From assembly GCA_003220675.1 (NCBI GenBank), contig QHTD01000063.1:1-56340 (forward strand): 56,340 nt of DNA, read 5' to 3'. The notes beneath the pieces are model-generated. The model made no database searches. It had not been told where the DNA came from and was given only the letters and a program-made list of their open reading frames with translations. Both the position numbers and the translations under genes were made by a program. The DNA is from Candidatus Rokuibacteriota bacterium (GTDB lineage Bacteria; Methylomirabilota; Methylomirabilia; Rokubacteriales; CSP1-6). This document shows positions 29,346-39,566 of the stretch, in pieces (positions within the stretch are counted from its first letter, which is position 1; each line of letters starts with the position of its first letter).

Positions 29346-30911
29346 ATGACCATGGGCCGATCGACGCCGTTCGAGGGCAGGCTGGCTCGCGCCGTCGTCG
29401 TGACGCTGCTCGTGTGCGTGGGGCTCGGCACGCCCACGTCGTCCCGCGCCGCGCCCGAGGGGCAGCTGACGTGGGGCGTCCACATCTCGCTCGCCCCGAC
29501 GTGGTTCGACCCCGCCGAGACCGCGGGGATCATCACGCCCTTCATGGTGCTCTACGCGCTCCACGACGCGCTGGTGAAGCCGATGCCCGGCAACCCGATG
29601 GCGCCCAGTCTCGCCGAGTCGTGGAGCGCCTCGCCCGACGGGCTCGTCTACGAGTTCGTCCTGCGCAAGGGCGTCAGGTTCCACACCGGCGACCCCGTGA
29701 CCGCCGAGGACGTCAAGTTCTCCCTCGAGCGCTACCGCGGCACGGCCGCCTCCTCCTTCAGGGAGCGCATCGCCGCCGTCGAGGTGATCGACCCCCAGCG
29801 CGTGCGCGTCCGTTTCAAGCAGCCGTGGCCCGACTTCATGACCTTCTACGGGACCCCGGCGACCGGGGCCGGCTGGATCGTGCCGAAGAAGTACGTCGAG
29901 AAAGTCGGCGACGACGGCTTCAAGAAGGCCCCGGTGGGAGCTGGCCCGTACCGGTTCGTCTCCTTCACGCCGGGCGTGGAGCTGGTGCTCGAAGCCTACG
30001 AGCAGTACTGGCGCAAGACCCCGAGCGTGAAGCGCCTGGTGTTCAAGGCGGTGCCGGACGAGTCGACGCGCCTGGCGATGCTCAAGCGCGGCGAGGCCGA
30101 CATCGTCTACTCGATCCGCGGCGCCCTGGCCGAGGAGCTCCAGCGGACGCCCGGGCTCACGCTCAAGCCCAACTACCCGCCCGCCACCTTCTGGCTCGTC
30201 TTCGTCGATCAGTGGGATGCGAAGTCGCCGTGGCACGACCGGCGAGTGCGCCTGGCCGTCAACCTGGCGATCGACCGAGCGGCGATCAACCAGGCCGAGA
30301 CCCTGGGCTTCTCGAAGATCAACCACAGCATCATTCCCTCGAGCTTCGACTTCTTCTGGCAGCCGCCCGCGTACGCGTACGATCCGGCCAGGGCCCGGCA
30401 GCTCCTCGCCGAGGCCGGCTACCCGAACGGCTTCGACGCCGGTGACTACTACTGCGACGTGTCCTACGCCAACCTCGCGGAGGCCGTCGTGAATTACCTG
30501 AAGGCGGTCGGCATCCGGGCCCAGCTCCGGCCGCTCGAGCGCGCGGCGTTCTTCGCCCAGTACCGGGAGAAGAAGCTCCGGAACATCATCCAGAGCGGCT
30601 CCGGGGCCTTCGGGAACACGGCGACCCGCCTCAAGGCGTTCGTCGCCGCCGCCGGCGCCTACGTCTACGGCAGCTATGCCGACGTCGACGGGCTCTTCCG
30701 CGAGCAGGCGAGCGAGATGGACCGGAAGAAGCGCGAGGCGACGCTCCAGCGGATCCAGCAGCTCATGCACGAGAAGGCGATGGTCGCGCCGATCTGGGAG
30801 CTCGCCTTCATCAATGGCCACGGGCCACGCGTGGAGGAGTCGGGCCTGACGCTCATCACCAACCACGCCTACTCCGCGCCGTACGAGGACCTGAGGCTCA
30901 AGCCGAGGTGA
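29346..30911 (+). CDS. Orphan ABC substrate-binding protein, family 5 (peptide/nickel type)
   Basis: Signal peptide; PSLAESW, FVLRKGVRFH.G..TAEDVKFS, PVGAGPY, YDPARARQLLAEAGY; no adjacent permease. Confidence 0.93.
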   Translation: MTMGRSTPFEGRLARAVVVTLLVCVGLGTPTSSRAAPEGQLTWGVHISLAPTWFDPAETAGIITPFMVLYALHDALVKPMPGNPMAPSLAESWSASPDGLVYEFVLRKGVRFHTGDPVTAEDVKFSLERYRGTAASSFRERIAAVEVIDPQRVRVRFKQPWPDFMTFYGTPATGAGWIVPKKYVEKVGDDGFKKAPVGAGPYRFVSFTPGVELVLEAYEQYWRKTPSVKRLVFKAVPDESTRLAMLKRGEADIVYSIRGALAEELQRTPGLTLKPNYPPATFWLVFVDQWDAKSPWHDRRVRLAVNLAIDRAAINQAETLGFSKINHSIIPSSFDFFWQPPAYAYDPARARQLLAEAGYPNGFDAGDYYCDVSYANLAEAVVNYLKAVGIRAQLRPLERAAFFAQYREKKLRNIIQSGSGAFGNTATRLKAFVAAAGAYVYGSYADVDGLFREQASEMDRKKREATLQRIQQLMHEKAMVAPIWELAFINGHGPRVEESGLTLITNHAYSAPYEDLRLKPR

Positions 30912-30927
30912 GAACGCAACGACCGTC

Positions 30928-33162
30928 ATGAAACTCACGATTCGTCTCGTCGGGGCCATCTGGCTCTCGGTGCTGATCGTCATCGGGGGGTTCGCGTTCC
31001 TGCAGATCCGCGAGGAGCGCGAGCGGCTCGTCGACGACCTGAAGCGCCGCGCGGTCCTCGTGGGCGAGGGGCTCAAGGAGGCGATCGAGCCCCAGGTGGC
31101 GCGCGACTCGACGGCGGGCGTCGAGCGAATATTGAAGAAGTTCGGGACGGCGCGGCGCGGGATCGCGGTGTACGACCGGTTCGCCGGCCTGATGGTCGCG
31201 ACGCCCGACATCGCGCCGTCCCTCCCACCGTCGCTCCCCGAAGTGACCGACGCGGTCGCCAACGACGTCGTGAGCCAGGGCTTTCGCGTCGTGGGTGTCC
31301 GGCGGGCGTACGTGTACGCGACGCCCCTCACGCGGGACGACCGGGCGGTGGGTGCGCTCGTGGTGATCCTCGACGCCGCGCACCTGGAGGGCGCGGCGTG
31401 GAACCTCTGGTGGAGCAACGCGCTCCGGTTCCTCGCTTTGGCGCTCGTCGTCTCGCTCATCGCGCTGGTCGTCGTGCGGAGCAGCGTCACGCAGCCGATG
31501 GCGAAGATGTCGGAGTGGACGAAGAGCCTCCGCGCCGGGCGCTACGTGCCGCCACCCGACGTGCCCGACGCCAACGTCTTCGGCCCGCTGGCGCGCGAGG
31601 TGGCGGGGCTCGCGCGGAGCATGCAGCGGGCCCGGGCGGCGGCGGAGCAGGAGGCCGCGCTGCGCCTGGTGGGCGAGTCCATCTGGACGGAGGAGCGCCT
31701 CAAGCAGTTCGTCAACCTCCGCCTCGCCGGCCGGCCGCTCGTCGTCGTGTCCAACCGCGAACCGGTGAGCCACGTGCGGAAGGGCGGGCGGATCCAGACT
31801 CTGACGCCCGCCAGCGGGCTCGTGACCGCGATGGATCCGATGATGCGCGCGTGCGGCGGCGTGTGGGTCGCTCACGGGAGCGGCGATGCCGACCGGGAGA
31901 CCGCGGACGCGCGCGGGCGGCTCGGCGTGCCGGAGGACGACCCGCGCTACACGCTGCGCCGGGTGTGGCTGACGAAGGAGGAGGAGCACGGCTACTACTA
32001 CGGGTTCGCGAACGAGGGGCTCTGGCCGCTCTGCCACATCGTGCACACGCGGCCCGTGTTCCGGCCCGACGACTGGGCCCACTACCTCGCGGCGAACCGC
32101 ACGTTTGCCGAGACGCTGCTCGACGAGATCCGCGACGCCGAGGAGCCGCTCGTCCTGATCCAGGACTACCACTTCGCGCCGCTGCCCGCGCTCATCAAGG
32201 CGGAGCGGCCCGACGCCCGTGTGGCGATCTTCTGGCACATCCCGTGGCCGAACTCCGAGGCCTTCGCGATCTGCCCCTGGCAGCCGGAGCTGCTCGCCGG
32301 GATGCTGGGCGCCGACCTCGTCGGCTTCCACACGCAGTACTACTGCAACAACTTCCTCGAGACGGTCGACCGCACGCTCGAGACGCGGATTGACTGGGAG
32401 CGCTTCACGGTCACCCGCGGCGAGCGCGTGACCGCCGTCAAGCCCTTTCCGATCAGCGTCGCGCCCGGGTTCGTCGACGATCCGCCCCAGCGCACGCGCG
32501 AGGAGCTCCTGCGCGAGCTCGGGGTCTCGGCCGAGTTCCTCGGCGTCGGCGTCGAGCGGGTGGACTACACGAAGGGGCTCCCCGAGCGCTTCCGCGCGCT
32601 CCGGTGGTTCTTCGAGCGCTACCCGGAGTACCGCGGGCGCGTCGTGTTCGTGCAGCTCGCCGCGCCGAGCCGCTCCACGATCAAGCGCTACGCGGAGCTC
32701 GCGCTGGAGGTCGAGCAGACCGTCCGCGAGGTGAACGAGGCGCTCGGGACCGTGAGCTGGCGGCCGATCCTGTACCTCGCCCGCCACCACGAGCACCGCG
32801 AGATCTGGTCCTACTACCGTCACGCGGACTTCTGCATGGTCACCTCGCTCCACGACGGCATGAACCTCGTCGCCAAGGAGTTCGTCTCTGTTCGCGACGA
32901 CGAGGACGGCGTGCTCATCTTGAGCCGGTTCGCCGGCGCCTCCCAAGAGCTACGGGACGCGCTGATCATCAACCCGTATGACCTCGCTGGCGCCGCCGAG
33001 GCGATCCGCACGGCGCTGGAGATGCCGAAGGAGGAGCGGCACGCGCGGATGACACGGATGCGCTACGTCGTGAGCGAGCACAACATCTACCGCTGGGCCG
33101 GGCTCCTCCTGAGCGAGCTGTCCAGAATCCCGGTCGAGACACCGGGAGTCAAGACGTCCTGA
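30928..33162 (+). CDS. otsA: Trehalose-6-phosphate synthase (GT20) fused to an N-terminal TM-extracytoplasmic sensor-TM-HAMP module
   Basis: Two TM helices around a ~140-aa domain, a HAMP-like segment (QPMAKM...PLAREVAGLARSM), then intact OtsA motifs SNREP, SGLV, YYGFANEGLWPLCH, QDYH, HIPWP, RVDYTKG, DGMNLVAKE, NPYD. Confidence 0.93.
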   Translation: MKLTIRLVGAIWLSVLIVIGGFAFLQIREERERLVDDLKRRAVLVGEGLKEAIEPQVARDSTAGVERILKKFGTARRGIAVYDRFAGLMVATPDIAPSLPPSLPEVTDAVANDVVSQGFRVVGVRRAYVYATPLTRDDRAVGALVVILDAAHLEGAAWNLWWSNALRFLALALVVSLIALVVVRSSVTQPMAKMSEWTKSLRAGRYVPPPDVPDANVFGPLAREVAGLARSMQRARAAAEQEAALRLVGESIWTEERLKQFVNLRLAGRPLVVVSNREPVSHVRKGGRIQTLTPASGLVTAMDPMMRACGGVWVAHGSGDADRETADARGRLGVPEDDPRYTLRRVWLTKEEEHGYYYGFANEGLWPLCHIVHTRPVFRPDDWAHYLAANRTFAETLLDEIRDAEEPLVLIQDYHFAPLPALIKAERPDARVAIFWHIPWPNSEAFAICPWQPELLAGMLGADLVGFHTQYYCNNFLETVDRTLETRIDWERFTVTRGERVTAVKPFPISVAPGFVDDPPQRTREELLRELGVSAEFLGVGVERVDYTKGLPERFRALRWFFERYPEYRGRVVFVQLAAPSRSTIKRYAELALEVEQTVREVNEALGTVSWRPILYLARHHEHREIWSYYRHADFCMVTSLHDGMNLVAKEFVSVRDDEDGVLILSRFAGASQELRDALIINPYDLAGAAEAIRTALEMPKEERHARMTRMRYVVSEHNIYRWAGLLLSELSRIPVETPGVKTS

Positions 33163-33164
33163 CC

Positions 33165-33938
33165 GTGCCGCCTCGTCTCCTCGCGCGTCTCGAGCGTGAG
33201 CTCGCGCGCGGCGCCGGTCTCGTGGCGATCCTCGACTACGACGGGACGTTGACCCCGATCGTCCCGTCGCCGCGGGCGGCGGTCCTCGCGCCGTCGGTGA
33301 GGACCACCCTCCTGCGTCTGGCAGCGAGCGACCGCGCCCGCCTGGCGATCCTCTCGGGGCGCGCGCTGGCAGATGTCCGAGCCAGGGTCGCGATCGACAA
33401 CGTCATCTACGGTGGCTGTCACGGCCTCGAGATCCAGGGCAGGGGCCTCGCCTTCCGCCATCCGCGGGTCCGCGCGGCGCGGATCGTCGCGGCGCGGCGC
33501 ACGCTCGCCGCCGGGGCCGAGGCGATCCCGGGCTCGCGCGTCGAGTTCAAGGGGCTCGCGGTGAGCCTCCACTACCGGCGCGTGGCGCTCTCACGGCGCC
33601 GCGCGGTGCGGGACCTCGCGACGCGTGTGCTGCGCCGCGTGCCGGATCTGGCGCTCATCTCCGGGCGTGAGGTCTTCGACTTCGTGCCGCGGGTCCGCTG
33701 GAGCAAGGGCGAGGCCGCCCGCTGGATCGCCCGCCGCGCGGGACGGACGCTGCGACGCGGCAGGCCGGTCGTCGTCTACGCGGGCGACGACGCCACCGAC
33801 GAGGCGGCGTTCGCCGCGCTGAAGGGGCGCGCGCTGACCGTCCGGGTCGGCGACGGACCGAGCGTCGCGGAGTACCGTGTCCGTGATGTCCGGGCGATGC
33901 AGGCGGTGCTCCGGCGCCTCGCCGTCGCCCTCGGCTGA
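33165..33938 (+). CDS. otsB: Trehalose-6-phosphate phosphatase
   Basis: HAD motifs DYDGTLTPI, SGR, HGLE, LHYR, KG, GDDATDE. Confidence 0.93.
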   Translation: MPPRLLARLERELARGAGLVAILDYDGTLTPIVPSPRAAVLAPSVRTTLLRLAASDRARLAILSGRALADVRARVAIDNVIYGGCHGLEIQGRGLAFRHPRVRAARIVAARRTLAAGAEAIPGSRVEFKGLAVSLHYRRVALSRRRAVRDLATRVLRRVPDLALISGREVFDFVPRVRWSKGEAARWIARRAGRTLRRGRPVVVYAGDDATDEAAFAALKGRALTVRVGDGPSVAEYRVRDVRAMQAVLRRLAVALG

Positions 33939-33963
33939 CACGGTCCCGTCGACAGGGTACGAT
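33935..33963 (+). promoter_or_regulatory. Internal promoter CTGACA-N17-TACGAT
   Basis: CTGACA 33935-33940, TACGAT 33958-33963, ATG 9 nt later with no SD. Confidence 0.55.
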
Positions 33964-33972
33964 CTCCCCACG

Positions 33973-34638
33973 ATGCGTACGGCCGCGCGCCCGTTCCTCT
34001 TCGTGGGTTGCGTCGAGCTGCGACAAACGCTCGACTCGCACGCGCGCGACGCACGCGAGCTGATGCACCGACTGGCGGAAGTGCCGGCCGACTCCGTGTT
34101 TTTCCACACCTTCGGCTACTTCCTCCGCCACCGGCCGTTCACGACGGCGTACGGCAACGACTTCGCCCGGTGGGCTGCGGTCGAGATCGGCGACCGCACG
34201 CTCGCCGAGCGCCTGGCCGTCGTGGATCCGTTCGCGTTCGCGACCGTCGAGGCGCTGCGCGAGCACCTCGTGACGATTCTCCAGGACCACCTGCGGCTGC
34301 ACGGCGGCGACCCCCGCGTCGAGTTCGACCGGGCGTTCCATTTCCAGCGCTCGCACATCGTCGAGGTGGGGCTCGGGCTCGCCGCGACGACGCTCGCGGA
34401 GTTCCGCGCGGGGCTCGCGGCCGCCGACGCGAGCGCCATCTATCTGCACACGGTCGAGGCGCGGGCTCGAGGCGGCCGCCGCGCCGGCGACTTCGCCGAG
34501 TGGCTCCGGGCGGCGCTCGAGCTGCCGACGCTCGCGGAGCGGTTCCAGCGCGTCGACCCGTACCTGACGACGCTGGAGCGGGTCCGCGGGCGGCTCTTGA
34601 GCCTCGTCGATCGGGCGCTGGAGGAGGAGCCGGCGTGA
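33973..34638 (+). CDS. DUF5752-like protein (TreT-associated, OrfY-like)
   Basis: Start ATG 33973; internally repeated motifs PF.F..C, SVFFHT..NDFARW and SAIYLH..EAR..DFAEW, ..DPY..TLE..R; typical position before a TreT-like GT. Confidence 0.75.
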   Translation: MRTAARPFLFVGCVELRQTLDSHARDARELMHRLAEVPADSVFFHTFGYFLRHRPFTTAYGNDFARWAAVEIGDRTLAERLAVVDPFAFATVEALREHLVTILQDHLRLHGGDPRVEFDRAFHFQRSHIVEVGLGLAATTLAEFRAGLAAADASAIYLHTVEARARGGRRAGDFAEWLRAALELPTLAERFQRVDPYLTTLERVRGRLLSLVDRALEEEPA

Positions 34639-35825
34639 GCCGGATCGACGACTACCGTCAGGTGGCTCCGCAGGGCGCGGTGGACATGATACTGAAATTG
34701 GCCGACCGCGTGCGGGGGCGACGGTTCCTCAACGTCACCGGCGGGCGGCTGGGCGGCGGCGCGGCCGAGATCCTCCGCGAGGCTGTCCCGATCCTCAGCG
34801 ACCTGGGTGTCGACACGAGCTGGGAGATTACGGGGGGCGATTCCCCCTACTATGCGACCGCGCGCGCGCTTCAGGCGACGCTCGAGGGCGCGGAGCGTGT
34901 GCTCAGCGACGAAGGCCTCGCCCGCTGGGTCGAGGTGAACCGGGTCAATGCCAAGAAGCTCATGCTCGACGCCGACCTCGTCCTCGTCCACGACGTCCAG
35001 CCCGCGAGCCTGGTGACCCACCGCACCGACGGCCGGTGGGTCTGGCGGTGCCACTTCGACTGCTCGGCCGCCCGCCCGGCCGCCTGGTCCTTCTTCCGGC
35101 GGTTCGCCGATCAGTATGATGCGGCAGTTTTCTCGCTGCCGGGGTTCGAGTGCCGGCTGGGCATCCCGATGTACGTCATCCAGCCGTCCATCGACCCGCT
35201 GTCCGAGAAGAACCGGGAGCTGTCGCCGCGCGAAGTCGCGGACATCCTGGCTGCGCTCCGCGTGGTTCCGGACAAGCCGCTGCTGGTCCAGATCGGGCCG
35301 TTCACGCCGGGGTACGATCCGATAGGCGTCGTGAACGCTTACCGGTTGGTGGAGAAGCACCACGACGTGAGGCTCGTCCTGGCGGGCATGGCCGACGACG
35401 AGCCCGAGCGGGTCGAGATCCGGGACGAGCTCCTGCAGGCCGCCCGCGAGGACCCCGACGTCGTCGTGCTCGAGCTGCCGGCGGACGCGCACCGTCAGAT
35501 CAACGCGCTTCAGCGGGCGGCCACGATAGTCTTGCAGAAGTCGGTGCGCGCGGGGTTCGAACTCGGCCCCGCCGAGGCGATGTGGAAGGGCAAGCCCGTG
35601 ATCGGTGGCTACGCGGGCGGCCTCGCGCAGCAGATCATTCCCGACGTGACCGGCTACATGGTCCACTCCGTGGACGGCGCCGCGTTCCGGATCCGCCACC
35701 TCCTCAACAATCCAGAGCTGATCCCCCGGATGGGCGCTGCCGGCCGGGAGCACGTGCGGCGCTCGCTCCTCATCACGCGCCACCTGATGGACTTTCTGGC
35801 GCTCATGATCCACCTCGCGCAATGA
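34635..35825 (+). CDS. TreT-like GT4 glycosyltransferase with degenerate donor-binding motifs
   Basis: Start GTG 34635; GGGAAE, HDVQP, WRCH, PSIDPLSEKN, INALQR, EAMWKGKPVIGG; but QIGPFTPGYDP and RAGFEL in place of SRFDxxKDP and REGFGL. Confidence 0.85.
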   Translation: MSRIDDYRQVAPQGAVDMILKLADRVRGRRFLNVTGGRLGGGAAEILREAVPILSDLGVDTSWEITGGDSPYYATARALQATLEGAERVLSDEGLARWVEVNRVNAKKLMLDADLVLVHDVQPASLVTHRTDGRWVWRCHFDCSAARPAAWSFFRRFADQYDAAVFSLPGFECRLGIPMYVIQPSIDPLSEKNRELSPREVADILAALRVVPDKPLLVQIGPFTPGYDPIGVVNAYRLVEKHHDVRLVLAGMADDEPERVEIRDELLQAAREDPDVVVLELPADAHRQINALQRAATIVLQKSVRAGFELGPAEAMWKGKPVIGGYAGGLAQQIIPDVTGYMVHSVDGAAFRIRHLLNNPELIPRMGAAGREHVRRSLLITRHLMDFLALMIHLAQ

Positions 35826-37081
35826 CGGACCGCCTCCAGGCCCCCGCGTTCCCGGCCGAGGTCGAGCGTCAGCTCGAGGGCGCCTCACCGTGCGAGATCG
35901 CCCTCGGCGTGCTCACCTACAACAACGCGACGACCGTGCCGACAGTCGTGGAGGTCGTCCGCACAGGCCTCGAGCGTCACTTCGCCGGCATTCCCGCCGT
36001 GCTGATCAACGCCGACGCCGGCTCGTCGGACGCGACGCCGGATCTTCTCGCGGCGGCCGGGCTCCCCCTCGTCCGGGCGCGTCACGAGACACCGCTCGCC
36101 CAGCGCATCGCCGTGCCCTTCCACGGCGTGCCCGGGCGTGGCGCCGCGCTCCGTCTGACCTTCGCCGTCGCGCGGCGGCTCGGCGCGCGCGCACTCGTGC
36201 TGCTGGAGGCCGACGTGACCTCCGCGGGCGCCGAGTGGCTCAGGCACCTGCTCCGTCCCGTGCTCGAGCAGAAAGCGGACCTCGTGGTCCCGGTGTACGC
36301 GCGCCACCGTTACGACGGCACGCTCACGAACCTCGTCCTGGCGCCGCTGGTCCGTGCGCTCTTCGGGCGCCGGCTGCATCAGCCGCTGGCGGGGGCCGCG
36401 GCGCTCTCCGCCCGGCTGCTCGATCGTCTGCTCGACGACCCGCGATGGCCGGCGCCCGGACAGAACCAGACGGACCTCTGGATCGAGGCGACCGCGATCG
36501 TCGACGGCTTCGCCGTCTGGGAGGCGTGGCTCGGCCGACGGCGCGCGGAATCGCGGACCCGCACGGCGGACCTGCCGACGATGGTGGCCCAGGCGGTCGG
36601 CGGACTCTTCGCCGTGATGGGCCGGTACGACGACCTGTGGCTCGAGATCCGCGGCAGCGAGCCCGTCCCCGCCACGGATGCGCCGGTCATCCCGTCGGTG
36701 GAGCCCGTGGCCCTCGACGTCGACCGCATGGTGGACGCGTTCCGGCGAGGGCTCCGGGATCTCGGCGCGATCTGGGAGCACATCCTGGCGCCCGAAACGC
36801 TCGGCGACGTCCTGAGCCTCGACACGGCCAGCCCGGCGCGGCTCGCCTTCCCGGACGAGTTGTGGGCGCGCGTGGTCTACGACTTCGCGCTCGGCTACCA
36901 CTACAACGTCGTGTACCGCGACCACCTGCTGCGCTCGCTCGTCCCGCTCTACCTCGGCCGCACCGCCGCGTTCGTCGTGGCGACGCGCGACCGCGACGCC
37001 GGGGCCGCCGAGGCCCACCTGGACGCGGTTGGCGCGGCCTTCGAGCGGCACAAACGCTACCTCGTCGAGCGGTGGCGATGA
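35822..37081 (+). CDS. GT-A (GT2 / glucosyl- or mannosyl-phosphoglycerate synthase-like) glycosyltransferase with degenerate motifs
   Basis: Start ATG 35822; [48 protein letters not shown]. Confidence 0.8.
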   Translation: MTDRLQAPAFPAEVERQLEGASPCEIALGVLTYNNATTVPTVVEVVRTGLERHFAGIPAVLINADAGSSDATPDLLAAAGLPLVRARHETPLAQRIAVPFHGVPGRGAALRLTFAVARRLGARALVLLEADVTSAGAEWLRHLLRPVLEQKADLVVPVYARHRYDGTLTNLVLAPLVRALFGRRLHQPLAGAAALSARLLDRLLDDPRWPAPGQNQTDLWIEATAIVDGFAVWEAWLGRRRAESRTRTADLPTMVAQAVGGLFAVMGRYDDLWLEIRGSEPVPATDAPVIPSVEPVALDVDRMVDAFRRGLRDLGAIWEHILAPETLGDVLSLDTASPARLAFPDELWARVVYDFALGYHYNVVYRDHLLRSLVPLYLGRTAAFVVATRDRDAGAAEAHLDAVGAAFERHKRYLVERWR

Positions 37082-37112
37082 CGATCATCGAAGGGGCGCG
37101 GGCCTCGCGACC

Positions 37113-38801
<1,689 letters not shown>

Positions 38802-38808
38802 ATCATCG

Positions 38809-38830
38809 ACGGGGGCCTCGACGGCCCCGT
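38809..38830. repeat. Partial copy of the REP-like hairpin
   Basis: GGGGGCCTCGACGGCCCC (38811-38828) is the exact reverse complement of 27201-27218; follows CTAG (treS stop). Confidence 0.7.
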
Positions 38831-38891
38831 AAACACAGGAGGCCAGCGTACTCGAAGCTGAAGCAGAAACCGACGGAAACCAGGAGGGATC

Positions 38892-39551
38892 ATGATGAAC
38901 CAACGGATCTGTGCATTCGCCGTCTCGATGCTGGTGCCCGCGGCGATCGTCGCCGCGTGTGCGAAGCGTACCGTCACGGTGGACGTCTCCGCTCCGCCAC
39001 GGGCCGCCGCGCCCGCACCACCGCGCTCGGGTGGAGCCGCGGCGACGGAGTCGCCAGTCACGCCGCTCACGGAGGTCACGACGCGGCCGGGCACGGCGTC
39101 GCCCGGCACGACGTCGCCCGGCACGTCGTCGCCCGGCGCGGCGTCGCCCGGCACGTCGGAGCCGCGCGCGCCGCTCGGGTCGGCGCGTCCGGCCCCCGCC
39201 GAGTTCGCCGCGCGGGCCGAGCTCGAGGACATCCACTTCGACTTCGACCGCCACGACATCCGCCCGGGCGACGCGAGGATCCTCGACGTCAGCGCGGCCT
39301 GGCTTCAGGAGAACCCGGGCACGCTCGTCCTCATCGAGGGCCACTGCGACGAGCGTGGCACGGACGCCTACAACCTGGCCCTCGGCGACCGTCGCGCGAA
39401 GGCCGCGATGGACTACCTCGTCTCGCGCGGCATCCAGGCCGAGCGGATGAACACGCTGAGTTACGGAAAGGAGAAGCCCGTGTGCCAGGAGCACACCGAG
39501 GCGTGCTGGGCCAAGAACCGGCACGCCCACTTCCTCGTGAAGGCGCGCTGA
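38892..39551 (+). CDS. pal: Peptidoglycan-associated lipoprotein (OmpA-like C-terminal domain)
   Basis: Lipobox VAAC; IHFDFDR, IEGHCDERGT..YN.ALGDRRA, SYGKEKP.C.....C...NR. Confidence 0.88.
   Translation: MMNQRICAFAVSMLVPAAIVAACAKRTVTVDVSAPPRAAAPAPPRSGGAAATESPVTPLTEVTTRPGTASPGTTSPGTSSPGAASPGTSEPRAPLGSARPAPAEFAARAELEDIHFDFDRHDIRPGDARILDVSAAWLQENPGTLVLIEGHCDERGTDAYNLALGDRRAKAAMDYLVSRGIQAERMNTLSYGKEKPVCQEHTEACWAKNRHAHFLVKAR
39087..39161 (+). repeat. Five tandem 15-bp repeats encoding PG[T/A][A/T/S]S-like units in the Pal linker
   Basis: ccgggcacggcgtcg / cccggcacgacgtcg / cccggcacgtcgtcg / cccggcgcggcgtcg / cccggcacgtcggag. Confidence 0.9.
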
Positions 39552-39566
39552 CTCTAGGTCCGGGCG

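Noticed and set aside
39087-39161. Tandem repeats as a CRISPR array
   Set aside because: In-frame 15-bp coding repeats without spacers; no cas genes.
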